NCBI GenBank assembly: GCA_036277095.1
Contig: DASUNP010000005.1
Location: 411,775 to 475,774, forward strand
Source: Blastocatellia bacterium
Lineage (GTDB): Bacteria > Acidobacteriota > Blastocatellia > UBA7656
Direction: 5' to 3'
DNA length: 64,000 nucleotides
Each line of letters starts with the position of its first letter. The first letter of the stretch is position 1. The notes under the pieces are model-generated. The model saw only the letters and a program-made list of their open reading frames with translations. It did no database searches and was not told the DNA's origin. Position numbers and translations under genes: made by a program. Shown in pieces: positions 28,216-37,664 of the stretch.

Positions 28216-29172
28216 TTATTCCAATTCCGGGAAAAGCCCTGATTCACGCAATACGGATTCGATCTTTCCTCTCTCTTGTTGAGAGACGGGCGCGAGCGGA
28301 GCGCGAGGCTCGCCGCCCCTGTATCCGATCATATCCATCGCGGCCTTGAGCCCCGCGACTCCGAGCCCCGCCGTGACTATGTGCGAGACAGGGGCGAGCC
28401 GCGTCTGGAGGTCGCGCGCTCGCGCGTGGTCGCCGCGCCCGGCGGCGGCGTAGATGTCTACGCAAGCGCGCGGGGCCGCGCACGCCACGCCGAGTATTGC
28501 GCCGCGAGCGCCCATCAAAAGCGACGGGTAGAGTATGCCTCCGTTGCCCGTCAGCACCGCGAACGCTTCGGGCGCGCGGCGTATCGTGTCCGCGATGGCT
28601 CCGAAATTACCAGAGCTGTCTTTGACGCCCGCGATATTTTCGTGCGCGGCAAGCTCGGCGATTATTGCGGGCTCTATGACGACGCCAGTGTTTTGCGGAA
28701 CGTTGTAGATGAGCACGGGCACTATAGAATCATCCGCGACCCGGCTGAAGTGACGCCGGAGGGCGTCGCCCGTCATAGAGGATTTATAAAAATAAGGTGT
28801 GATTAGGAGTACAAAGTCTGCGCCCGCGTCGGCAGCCGCCCGGGCTGCTGTTATCGCCGCGCGCGTAGAAAGCTCGTTTACCCCGGCGACAATGGTGTGG
28901 CTGGGCGCAGCCGCACGCTTTATTGCATTGATGACCTCCAGCCTTTCATCCTGCGAAAGGTGTACGGCCTCTCCGTTCGAGCCTAAAGCGACGTAACCGG
29001 CAAGCCCCGTCTCGTTATAACGCGCGATGTTTTCGGCCAGGGCGTCAAAATCGACGCGCCCTTGCGAGTCGAACGGAGTCACGAGCGGCGGCATTATTCC
29101 GTTGAGCGGTAAGTTATTCATCTGACTTTGATACTGCTTGTACGTCACCTCTAAATAAAGGGTTTCAGACAA
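28216..29172 (-). CDS. Dihydrodipicolinate synthase / N-acetylneuraminate lyase family (DapA-like) class I aldolase
   Basis: PLVTPF, GYVALGSNGE and the Schiff-base Lys region ...IAGVKDSSGN. Alternative start at Met18. Confidence 0.7.
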   Translation of the reverse strand: MSETLYLEVTYKQYQSQMNNLPLNGIMPPLVTPFDSQGRVDFDALAENIARYNETGLAGYVALGSNGEAVHLSQDERLEVINAIKRAAAPSHTIVAGVNELSTRAAITAARAAADAGADFVLLITPYFYKSSMTGDALRRHFSRVADDSIVPVLIYNVPQNTGVVIEPAIIAELAAHENIAGVKDSSGNFGAIADTIRRAPEAFAVLTGNGGILYPSLLMGARGAILGVACAAPRACVDIYAAAGRGDHARARDLQTRLAPVSHIVTAGLGVAGLKAAMDMIGYRGGEPRAPLAPVSQQERGKIESVLRESGLFPELE

Positions 29173-29290
29173 CTCAAAGGCAAATAGGGATTATAAGTGT
29201 CCGCATCGAACCCCGCAACTTTTGGATCGATTCAACGATTTGTACTCCGCAAGTGTTGAAAAACCTTACGGGCGGGGTTATCAATCAATT

Positions 29291-30247
29291 ATGAGATTAA
29301 TCTTCATGGGCACGCCGGAATTCGCCGTGCCCACGCTCGCGCGCCTGCTGGATGACCGTCACGACGTGGCGGCAGTCTTTACGCAGCCGGATAAACCCGC
29401 TGGGCGTGGCAACAAGCTGCAAGCGCCGCCGGTAAAGACTCTCGCGATTGATCGCGGGATAGAAGTTTTTCAGCCTTCAAAGATCAAAAACAATGAGGAG
29501 GTGCGAGCCGCCTTCGAGCGCATTCGGGCAGACGCCTGCGTGGTCGCGGCCTACGGGCGAATACTCCCCCCGTGGATGCTCGGCCTGCCGCGATTGGGGT
29601 GCATCAACGTTCATGCGTCGCTGCTGCCGAAATACAGGGGCGCGGCCCCCATCAACTGGGCGATTGCAAATGGTGAGCGCGAGACGGGCATTACGATTAT
29701 GCAGATGGATGTGGGGCTCGACACCGGTCCTATGCTCGCGCGCCGCGCGGTCGAGATTGGAGCAGAAGAGACTGCGCAGGAGTTAACGGCGAGGCTGGCC
29801 CGCATCGGCGCAGAGCTTTTATCCGAGACGCTGCCTCGCATAGAACGCGGAGAGGTCCGGCATTTCCCGCAGAATGACTCGGAGGCGACGTACGCGCCTG
29901 TTCTGAAACGCGAAGACGGGTTGATCGATTGGCGAATGAGTGCGCGCGAGATAGCCGACCGCATCCGTGGGTTCCAGCCCTGGCCGGGAACTTACACGAT
30001 CTTTCGCGGCGCGCGGTTGATCCTCTGGCGCGCGACGGTCTTTGAGGAAGAGGCCAGAGAGGTTGAGCCGGCTACGATAGTCGCCGCGGATAAAAACGGC
30101 TTTACGGTTGCGTGTTCGGGTGCGACTTTTCTTCGCGTCGAAGAGTTGCAGATCGAAGGGAAGAGAAGAACCGGCGCGCGCGATTTCCTGAACGGCGCTC
30201 GCCTCGGCGTAGGCGACAAGATAAAGGACGAAAGGGAGCCGCCTTGA
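29291..30247 (+). CDS. fmt: Methionyl-tRNA formyltransferase
   Basis: MRLIFMGTPEFAVPTL and HASLLPKYRGAAPINWAI (formyltransferase SLLP motif). C-terminal domain present. Start at internal ATG 29291. Confidence 0.85.
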   Translation: MRLIFMGTPEFAVPTLARLLDDRHDVAAVFTQPDKPAGRGNKLQAPPVKTLAIDRGIEVFQPSKIKNNEEVRAAFERIRADACVVAAYGRILPPWMLGLPRLGCINVHASLLPKYRGAAPINWAIANGERETGITIMQMDVGLDTGPMLARRAVEIGAEETAQELTARLARIGAELLSETLPRIERGEVRHFPQNDSEATYAPVLKREDGLIDWRMSAREIADRIRGFQPWPGTYTIFRGARLILWRATVFEEEAREVEPATIVAADKNGFTVACSGATFLRVEELQIEGKRRTGARDFLNGARLGVGDKIKDEREPP

Positions 30248-30390
30248 CGTGGCGCGCGCGCGGCTAATATAATTTATTCCGTAACTGAATAAGGGGAGTA
30301 GATCACTCCAGTCCGGCGGGGCCGTCAATACGTTCACTTTGCCAAGTGATCCGGTACGCCGGCGAGGCTTCAAAAAAGCCTACGGATCAA

Positions 30391-30428
30391 GACCTTTTGC
30401 GGCAATTGCGCAAAAGGTCTTTTCTTTT
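30391..30428 (+). terminator. Rho-independent terminator-like hairpin (11-bp stem gaccttttgcg/cgcaaaaggtc, 6-nt loop, then TTTTCTTTT)
   Basis: Stem plus U-run on the + strand, ~145 nt after the fmt stop. It abuts the htpX RBS (GAAGGAG at 30432). Confidence 0.55.
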
Positions 30429-30445
30429 GCGCAGAAGGAGTATTT

Positions 30446-31312
30446 TTGATGAACCGTTTGAAGACTGTGATGTTGCTTGCCACGCTGACCGCGCTTTTCC
30501 TGTGGATCGGCTATGCCATCGCAGGACAGGCAGGGTTCGCCATAGCGCTCATATTCGCGGGCGCGATGAACTTTGCGGGTTATTGGTGGTCGGACCGCAT
30601 CGTGCTCAGGATGTACGGCGCGCGCGAGGTGAGCGAGGCCGAAGCGCCCGAGCTGTTTCACGTAGTCGGCGATCTGGCCGCGCGCGCGCGGTTGCCTATG
30701 CCCAGAGTCTACATAGTGCCCGAAGAAACGCCCAACGCTTTTGCCACTGGGCGCAACCCCGAGCACTCAGCCGTTGCCGTGACCGAAGGGCTGCTTCGGC
30801 TGCTCGACCGCCAGGAGCTGCAGGCCGTCCTCGCGCACGAGCTTGGACACGTGCGTAACCGCGACACGTTGATCTCGACCGTCGCCGCGACGATCGCGGG
30901 GGCCTTGAGCATGCTCGCAAACATGGCTATGTGGGGCGCGATGTTTGGCGGAAGCTCGGACGACGAAGACGAAGGCGGCGGCTTTGCCGGAGGACTGCTC
31001 GGCCTCATCATCGCGCCCATCGCGGCTGGCCTGATCCAGATGGCTATATCGCGATCGAGAGAGTTTCTGGCCGACGAGACGGGCGCGCGATTGTCGGGCA
31101 ACCCGATAGCGCTTGCTCGCGCTCTGGGCAAGATCGAAGCGTGGAGCCGGCGCGTGCCCATGACAGCGGGCACCCCGGCGACTGCACACATGTTTATCAT
31201 CAACCCGTTCAAGGGCGCGAACCTGGCGCAGTTGTTCAGCACGCACCCTTCTACGGAGGCGCGCGTCGAGCGGCTTGAGGCGATGGCTCGACAGACTGTG
31301 ACAAAAGTTTAA
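30446..31312 (+). CDS. htpX: Zinc metalloprotease HtpX (M48)
   Basis: N-terminal TM helices and [10 protein letters not shown] zinc motif. 288 aa. Confidence 0.8.
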   Translation: MMNRLKTVMLLATLTALFLWIGYAIAGQAGFAIALIFAGAMNFAGYWWSDRIVLRMYGAREVSEAEAPELFHVVGDLAARARLPMPRVYIVPEETPNAFATGRNPEHSAVAVTEGLLRLLDRQELQAVLAHELGHVRNRDTLISTVAATIAGALSMLANMAMWGAMFGGSSDDEDEGGGFAGGLLGLIIAPIAAGLIQMAISRSREFLADETGARLSGNPIALARALGKIEAWSRRVPMTAGTPATAHMFIINPFKGANLAQLFSTHPSTEARVERLEAMARQTVTKV

Positions 31313-31327
31313 AGGAGGCAAAAAGAT

Positions 31328-31597
31328 ATGAAATGTCCTGCTTGCAGTAATGAGCTAAAGATGGCGGATCGACAGGGAGTGGAGATCGATTACTGCCCCG
31401 GTTGCAGAGGCGTCTGGTTGGATCGGGGCGAGCTTGACAAGATCATCGAGCGGTCGGCGGCCGCCTACGACGACAGGAGTCATCGCGACGAGCGACGCAA
31501 TCAATACGACGATCTTGATGATAGCGATTACGGCAGGCGCTACGGCCACAAAGGCCAAAAGCGCAAATCGTTCCTCGGCGACCTTTTCGATTTCTAA
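31328..31597 (+). CDS. Zinc-ribbon (zf-TFIIB-like) domain protein
   Basis: CPACSN...CPGCRG four-Cys ribbon followed by WLDRGELDKI. Acidic and Arg-rich tail. 89 aa. Confidence 0.6.
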   Translation: MKCPACSNELKMADRQGVEIDYCPGCRGVWLDRGELDKIIERSAAAYDDRSHRDERRNQYDDLDDSDYGRRYGHKGQKRKSFLGDLFDF

Positions 31598-31600
31598 CGC

Positions 31601-31635
31601 GATAGGCTGCGCCCAAGCGACGGGCGCAGCCTATC
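31601..31635 (+). terminator. GC-rich 14-bp-stem hairpin after the zinc-ribbon gene (no U-run)
   Basis: gataggctgcgccc-aagcgac-gggcgcagcctatc. Confidence 0.4.
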
Positions 31636-31673
31636 GATAAACTGTTCGATCGTAACGAGTGTAAAGAATAAAA

Positions 31674-32732
31674 ATGGAGATCAGTCTTTTTCCGTTCGCT
31701 GAGTACTGGTGGTTTTACGCTGCTTTCACGGGGTTCGTACTCTTGATGCTCGCGCTGGACCTGGGCGTCTTTCACCGCAAAGCGCACTCGGTCACTTTCC
31801 GCGAGGCAGCAGTGTGGAGCGTCGTGTGGGTGACGCTCGCGCTCGCGTTCAACTACCTGCTCTACCAATACGCGCTATGGAAGTTCCCCCAGGACCCGCG
31901 GCTGATGGCCGTGGAGGGGTTTATCCCGGACGTGGCGGCGTGGCAGGTCTCGCTTGAGTTTTTGACCGGGTACGTAGTCGAGAAGTCTCTTTCGGTAGAT
32001 AACATTTTTATATTCGTAGTCGTCTTCGGATACTTCTCGGTCCCGGCCAAGTACCAGCACAGAGTTCTATTCTACGGCATACTGGGCGCCCTCGTCTTTC
32101 GCGCAATCTTCATCGCGCTGGGCGCGGCGCTGATCCAGTATCATTGGGTGCTGCTCGTATTCGGCGGGTTCTTGATCGTCACAGGCATCAAGATGGTCTT
32201 CACTTCGGACAAGGAGATCGAGCCGGAAAAAAACCTGCTGATAAGACTCTTTCGCCGCTTCGTGCCCGTTACTCACGAACTCCACGGGCAGAAGTTTTTC
32301 ATCCGAAAGGTCGACCGCCTGTACGCCACGCCCCTGCTCGTATCGCTACTGTTTCTTGAGATGACCGACGTGATCTTTGCCGTAGACTCTGTGCCCGCGA
32401 TATTCGCGCTCACTTCGGAGCCGTTGATAGTATTCACTTCAAACATATTCGCCATACTCGGATTGCGCGCGATGTATTTCATGCTTGCGGGCGCCGTAGA
32501 CAAGTTTTATCTGCTCAAGTATGGGCTTGCCGCCGTGCTTGTCTTCGTCGGCTTGAAGATGATCTGGCTCAACGACGCGTATGGCGGCAAATTCCCGATC
32601 CTGTTTTCGCTAGGCATAATAATCGGGATCATCGCATTGTCGGTCACGCTTTCACTTCTGTTCCCGAAAGCCATCGACGTGCCCGTCCGGTCGCCCCGCG
32701 CGGAAGTCGAGCGAGTGAAGGGCGAGAATTGA
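31674..32732 (+). CDS. TerC/Alx family integral membrane protein
   Basis: Multiple TM helices with the TerC signature (SVDNIFIFVVVF...FAVDSVPAIF). Confidence 0.75.
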   Translation: MEISLFPFAEYWWFYAAFTGFVLLMLALDLGVFHRKAHSVTFREAAVWSVVWVTLALAFNYLLYQYALWKFPQDPRLMAVEGFIPDVAAWQVSLEFLTGYVVEKSLSVDNIFIFVVVFGYFSVPAKYQHRVLFYGILGALVFRAIFIALGAALIQYHWVLLVFGGFLIVTGIKMVFTSDKEIEPEKNLLIRLFRRFVPVTHELHGQKFFIRKVDRLYATPLLVSLLFLEMTDVIFAVDSVPAIFALTSEPLIVFTSNIFAILGLRAMYFMLAGAVDKFYLLKYGLAAVLVFVGLKMIWLNDAYGGKFPILFSLGIIIGIIALSVTLSLLFPKAIDVPVRSPRAEVERVKGEN

Positions 32733-32764
32733 TTTTCGCTTTTTCACGTTGGTAACATCAGGCG

Positions 32765-33712
32765 GTGGCGAGTCAACGACTGATACCGGCAATCGTGGGG
32801 CCTACGGCTTCGGGCAAAAGTGAGCTTGGCATAAGGCTGGCCCTCGCGAGCGAAGGCGAGATCATAAACCTCGACTCGGTCCAGGTCTATCGCCGCATCC
32901 AGGTTGCCACGGCCAAAGTCTCCGTCGAAGAGCGGCGCGGCGTGCCGCACCACCTGATCGATGTAGTCGAGCCTACCGAGAATTTTACCGCTGGCGAATA
33001 CGCGCGCCTTGCGACCGACGCCTTAGGCGACGTTGAGGCGCGCGGTCGGACGCCTATATTCGTGGGCGGCACAGGCTTTTATTTGCGCGCGCTCGTCTCG
33101 CCTCTGTTTGAAAGCCCCAGGACAGACCTCAGGCTGCGCGAGCGATTGATCGGTGTTGCCGAGCGTCGAGGCAGAGAGCACCTGCACAGACTTCTCAGCC
33201 GCATAGACGCGCGCGCCGCATCGCGGCTACAGCCGCGCGACCTGTCACGCGTCATGCGCGCAATTGAAGTCTTCTTTCAGACGGGCCGAAGAATATCAGA
33301 GTCGCAGCCCGAAGCGCCGCCGCCGCCTGAGTTCGCCGCGCGCGTGCGCGTGATCGCTTTAAGCCCGCCGCGCGACGCGCTCTACGAGCTGATAAACCGG
33401 AGGGCCGAGCTGATGTTTGAAGGCGGGCTTGTAGAAGAAGTCGAGCGGCTGGCGAGCGAGGGCGTCCCCTTAGACGCGAAGGCATTTCAGGCCCACGGCT
33501 ACCGCCGCGTGGTCGAGTACCTCAAGGGCGCGCGCACGCGCGAGGATGCGCTCAACCAGATGAAGCTGGACACGCGCCACTACGCCAAACGCCAGTTTAG
33601 CTGGTGGCGCGCGTGGCCCGGCGTGAAATGGATTTATCGGTTCGGCAACGACCCGAAAGCATTCGATGAGGCACAGGATTATTTGAGATTTGATTCTTCA
33701 AATCTCGAATAA
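32765..33712 (+). CDS. miaA: tRNA dimethylallyltransferase
   Basis: P-loop IVGPTASGKSELG, then DSVQVYRR and HHLIDVVEP motifs. Confidence 0.85.
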   Translation: MASQRLIPAIVGPTASGKSELGIRLALASEGEIINLDSVQVYRRIQVATAKVSVEERRGVPHHLIDVVEPTENFTAGEYARLATDALGDVEARGRTPIFVGGTGFYLRALVSPLFESPRTDLRLRERLIGVAERRGREHLHRLLSRIDARAASRLQPRDLSRVMRAIEVFFQTGRRISESQPEAPPPPEFAARVRVIALSPPRDALYELINRRAELMFEGGLVEEVERLASEGVPLDAKAFQAHGYRRVVEYLKGARTREDALNQMKLDTRHYAKRQFSWWRAWPGVKWIYRFGNDPKAFDEAQDYLRFDSSNLE

Positions 33713-35476
33713 TCACACGAGCCGGGATGCCGATTGGCCGTAATATTGATAAGCACCCCAGGTCGGTCCTTCTTTCATAATCTTATCGCGGGCCTCTGCA
33801 AGGGCGTCGGATAAGAGAGCGCCGCCGAGCGCTCTCTTATAAAATTCTGTGGCGAAAGTCGTGGCCGTCGAGTCTATAACCGGCCAGCCCGTCCCTATGT
33901 AGTTCTGGACCCCACGCTCGAAGAATGCTTCGGCCATCCCCGCCAGCTTTTTATTCGATTCCTGCGCGGTCGGACGCTGTTTTTTGTTCATGACAGCCGA
34001 GAAACAAGCATTTGCGAATACCAGGCGCGGAACCTGGCGAGAGCGAAAAATCTCGCGCGCCGACAATATGCAATTCCTCTTGAATACCCAACCGCTGCGA
34101 TTCGGGTTAGCCTCATCAAAGACGCCGTGGCCCGCGTAGTGTATTACGTCAAACATCTCATTCACGATCAGCGCAAGTATCTCTACGGGGTTGCATTGCT
34201 TAGCGCCGATTCTGGATTCGATTGTAATTTGAAGCCCTCCCCTCTTAGCCAGCTCTTGCTGGAATTCTTCGAGCTGTTTTTTTACGGCCTCACCCTCTTC
34301 GGTCGCGCTGGGGAGCGTGAGATCCAGGTCGTCGTCGGCAGGGTTGGCGATCACCAGGCAGCGGAGCGATTTGTTGACCGGCGGCGCTATGCCCGGCGCT
34401 GAAGAGAGCATCGTGCGAAACTGGCGCGTCAGCTTTAAGTCCGTGCCAAAGTAACTCCGCCGTTGGTTCGGGCCGAAGCAAGCCATCTCCCAGGGGAGCG
34501 AAGCCGTCGTGTTGTCTAAAACCAGGGTCAGGGGCTTGCCCGTTATGAGCCGCTCGAAATCCTCTGGGAAGATATATTTATGCAGCAGCCTTGCGAACTT
34601 CTCCTGGCTCTCGGGGTCTGAATTCATCAAGCTCTCTGCGATGCCCTCGGTGAAGAAGGGCTGCACATCAACTTTACGAATTGGTACTACAGCCTTGTCT
34701 GTCAAAGCCGAAAACTCGAACCCCTCTGCGCCCCGCTCAATCGTTATGCGATTGACAAAACCCCGATCCCCGACGTTGTCTCTCCGGGCCGAGGCTGCGG
34801 GGTTCGCCGTGCCTATCATGTCTACAGACTTCAGCATTTTCACTTCTATGTTCTCGAAAGGCTGATCCTTGACGAAGCCCTCAATTATGCGCGTCAGTTC
34901 TTCGACGCGCTCCTTATTTCTCTCTACCAGGATCAACTCTTTAAGGAATCTTTTCTTCTCGTCGAGGTGGTGCAAGCCGTCGCATATCCCTGAGATCATG
35001 CCTTTGACGGCTTCATCCACTTTCAAACCGCCATCTCCCGAGCCTATTAGAACGGTTGCGAACTTATTGAGCTGAAGAGACGAAATCGCGTAACTGATGT
35101 TCATCACCAGGTAGCGCAGGTCGTCGTAGGAGAACTGCCCGTAATCGCCCATGCCGCCCAGCAGTATCGAACTTGCGGTGATCTGTTTTTGGGTCACGGG
35201 GATGAAGAACAGCTCGCCGAGGTCTCCGCTTATCATCCCGTGCTCGCCCGCCTCTGTTATCCAGTTGTCCATAGCCGCGTCGAGCGCGCCGACTGCTCTG
35301 ATCGGGGCGACGCCTTTATAATGCCCGACGACCACGACCGGAACTGCGATTTGTGTGATATCAGCCCGCGCGATCTTGACCCTAAGCTCCAGCTTGCTGC
35401 CTGCCCCGGGGCCTTGACCCTTCTTCTTCTTATCTGCGGACCCTTTAGTTTGCTGACCGGCTGGTTTAAAAGCCAT
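33713..35476 (-). CDS. CHAT-domain (caspase-like) protease fused to an unassigned Gly-rich N-terminal domain; stand-alone
   Basis: C-terminal ~250 aa carry the CHAT His/Cys dyad context (DVIHYAGHG ... RLVFANACFSA). The N-terminal ~200 aa (VVVVGHYKG, LLGGMGDYG, LIGSGDGG) match no family I recognise. Lys-rich disordered tip. Confidence 0.6.
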   Translation of the reverse strand: MAFKPAGQQTKGSADKKKKGQGPGAGSKLELRVKIARADITQIAVPVVVVGHYKGVAPIRAVGALDAAMDNWITEAGEHGMISGDLGELFFIPVTQKQITASSILLGGMGDYGQFSYDDLRYLVMNISYAISSLQLNKFATVLIGSGDGGLKVDEAVKGMISGICDGLHHLDEKKRFLKELILVERNKERVEELTRIIEGFVKDQPFENIEVKMLKSVDMIGTANPAASARRDNVGDRGFVNRITIERGAEGFEFSALTDKAVVPIRKVDVQPFFTEGIAESLMNSDPESQEKFARLLHKYIFPEDFERLITGKPLTLVLDNTTASLPWEMACFGPNQRRSYFGTDLKLTRQFRTMLSSAPGIAPPVNKSLRCLVIANPADDDLDLTLPSATEEGEAVKKQLEEFQQELAKRGGLQITIESRIGAKQCNPVEILALIVNEMFDVIHYAGHGVFDEANPNRSGWVFKRNCILSAREIFRSRQVPRLVFANACFSAVMNKKQRPTAQESNKKLAGMAEAFFERGVQNYIGTGWPVIDSTATTFATEFYKRALGGALLSDALAEARDKIMKEGPTWGAYQYYGQSASRLV

Positions 35477-35723
35477 GTTCGCCTCCTGTGTTGCGAAAGG
35501 TTAGAATCATGCAACGGCGACCGTGCCATGTTCCTTAATCGTTGGGTTAATCGGCTTAGTCTATACCACATGACGCGAAACAGAGTCTATACATTGCAAG
35601 CAGCATTACACGCGCGAGTGGGCGCTCGCGCCTACCAATACTTGCCGCAATCTGTATAATGAGGCTGGCTTTCGTCAGGTCTTTCGCACGTCGTTTCGGG
35701 ACAGCTTTAACGGAGAGAAGATT

Positions 35724-37448
35724 GTGAAAAAGCTAATCACTCGAATACCCGTCTCGGTTTTGCTGATCGTTACGGTGTCGCTCTCGGCTAGCCTGTCGGT
35801 CGCGGCCCCGCCCCAGGGAGCCGGGCGCGACTGGCCCACTTACGGCGGCACCTTGGACAGTCAGCGATACTCCTCTCTCACTCAGATCAACCGCGCGAAC
35901 GCGTCTCGACTCCAGGTCGCGTGGACTTTTCAAACGGGCTTCTCGACGCCGCAAACGTCATTCGAGTGTACGCCCATAGTCGTCGACGGCGTGATGTACG
36001 TGACTTCGGCCAAAGGCGACGTGTTTGCGCTCCGGGCCGACACGGGAGAGATGCTCTGGCAATACGATCCGCTCGTCGACCTCGCAAGCGTGAAGCTTTG
36101 CTGCGGCATCATCAATCGTGGCGTCGCCGTCAGCCGGGGGCGCGTCTTTATCGCGACGCTCGACGCGCGACTCATAGCCCTGGACGCTCGCACGGGCCAG
36201 GTCGTCAAATCATTCGGCGACGGCGGCGAAGTCAAGATCGCCGACTACACGAAGGGCTACAGCGAGACGGCTGCGCCCGTGGTCTTCGGCGGCAAGATAC
36301 TCATAGGCGTGGCGGGGGGCGAGTTTGAAACGCGAGGCTTCTTTAGCGCTTACGACGAGCAGACGGGGAAGCTTATCTGGCGCTGGCACACCATCCCCGC
36401 TCCCGGTGAGCCGGGCAGCGACACGTGGCCCGACACGGGCGTCTACAAAGTCGGAGGCGCGACGGCCTGGATGACCGCCGCAGTCGATGAGGCCAACAAT
36501 CAGGTGATCTTTGGGACCGGCAATCCCAACCCTGACTTCGACGGGCGCGCGCGTCCGGGCGACAACCTCTACAGTTGTTCAATCGTCGCCTTGGACATCA
36601 CGACTGGAAAGCTCCGGTGGTACTTCCAGCAGGTGAAGCACGATCTTTGGGATTACGATCAATCGTCGTCTCCCGTACTGTTCGACTCTACGATCAATGG
36701 CCGAAGGGTAGAGGCCGTGGGCGCCGCCGGCAAGATAGGCTGGTTCTACATACTCGACCGCAAGACGGGAAAATCCTTGCTCCCGATGCGCGAGATAGAA
36801 GTCCCGCAAGACGCGCGCCAGGCCACAGCCCGGACCCAGGTCGTCCCGGCTGTGCCGCCGTTCGTAGCTCACAAAAACATATTCGCGCCGCCTACGAAAG
36901 CGGGCGTATTGATCTCGCCGGGCCTGAGCGGCGGCAGCGAGTGGAGCCCTCTCGCCTACAGCCCGCAAACGCGCTTTGCCTACATCGCCGCCGTCGACAA
37001 GCCGATGTTTTATACGGTCGAGACGCCCAACCCATTCGGCCTGGTGCTGGGCGGGCTTGCGGTCGTCCCTCCAGAGGTCGAGCCAGTGGGCGCGTTCGTA
37101 GCGATAGATGTGAACACGGGCCTCGTGCGCTGGCGCACGGCGACGAAGCCTCACCCGGTTGGCGGGCTTTGCGCTACAGCGGGAGGTCTGGTCTTCGCGG
37201 GCGAATCGAACGGGATGTTTAATGCGCTGGACGCCCAGACGGGCAAGCGGCTCTGGCAGTTTCAATGCGGCGCGGGTGTCAACGCCGCACCCATGACTTA
37301 TGAGGTGAACGGGCGGCAGTATGTCGCAGTCGCCGCGGGCGGGCTCGCGATGGAGAGCTTGACCAGCGGCCAGGCGGGGATTACCAACTTCCGTCGCGGC
37401 AGCGCCTTGTTCGTATTCGCCTTGCCTGCCACAGAAAGACAGTCCTGA
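35724..37448 (+). CDS. PQQ-dependent dehydrogenase (quinoprotein alcohol/sugar dehydrogenase beta-propeller), secreted
   Basis: Signal peptide and repeated PQQ beta-propeller W-motifs (TGEMLWQYD, TGKLIWRWH, TGKLRWYFQ, TGKRLWQF). GTG start with GGAGAG SD. Confidence 0.75.
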   Translation: MKKLITRIPVSVLLIVTVSLSASLSVAAPPQGAGRDWPTYGGTLDSQRYSSLTQINRANASRLQVAWTFQTGFSTPQTSFECTPIVVDGVMYVTSAKGDVFALRADTGEMLWQYDPLVDLASVKLCCGIINRGVAVSRGRVFIATLDARLIALDARTGQVVKSFGDGGEVKIADYTKGYSETAAPVVFGGKILIGVAGGEFETRGFFSAYDEQTGKLIWRWHTIPAPGEPGSDTWPDTGVYKVGGATAWMTAAVDEANNQVIFGTGNPNPDFDGRARPGDNLYSCSIVALDITTGKLRWYFQQVKHDLWDYDQSSSPVLFDSTINGRRVEAVGAAGKIGWFYILDRKTGKSLLPMREIEVPQDARQATARTQVVPAVPPFVAHKNIFAPPTKAGVLISPGLSGGSEWSPLAYSPQTRFAYIAAVDKPMFYTVETPNPFGLVLGGLAVVPPEVEPVGAFVAIDVNTGLVRWRTATKPHPVGGLCATAGGLVFAGESNGMFNALDAQTGKRLWQFQCGAGVNAAPMTYEVNGRQYVAVAAGGLAMESLTSGQAGITNFRRGSALFVFALPATERQS

Positions 37449-37515
37449 GTGCTGAGTGCTGAGTGAAAGAAAAAGGACGGTTCGCCTATCAGGTTTTTAC
37501 TCAGCACTCAGCACT
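37442..37515. repeat. CTGAGTG-family heptamer palindrome (copy 3)
   Basis: gtcctgagtgctgagtgctgagtg - A-run...T-run loop - tactcagcactcagcact. The first heptamer contains the PQQ-dehydrogenase stop codon. Confidence 0.75.
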
Positions 37516-37664
37516 ATTCTTTCCTCGTGGGCTTGAAATTTCTCCCCCCATAGCCTATAAAGTCGCTGGCTCACTCATAATCCTCAGGGCATACAAAATG
37601 AACGGCGCGCGCCGCTCTGAATAGATCTTTTAATTACACTCACTCTCGACAAGGAGAATGCGAA

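Noticed and set aside
30346-31321. Several 128-184 aa ORFs on both strands
   Set aside because: They overlap htpX, whose HExxH and TM features identify the true frame.
31598-31673. Possible yybP-ykoY (Mn) riboswitch upstream of the TerC-family gene
   Set aside because: The spacer is only ~75 nt and is largely occupied by a terminator hairpin. No recognisable conserved riboswitch segments are present.
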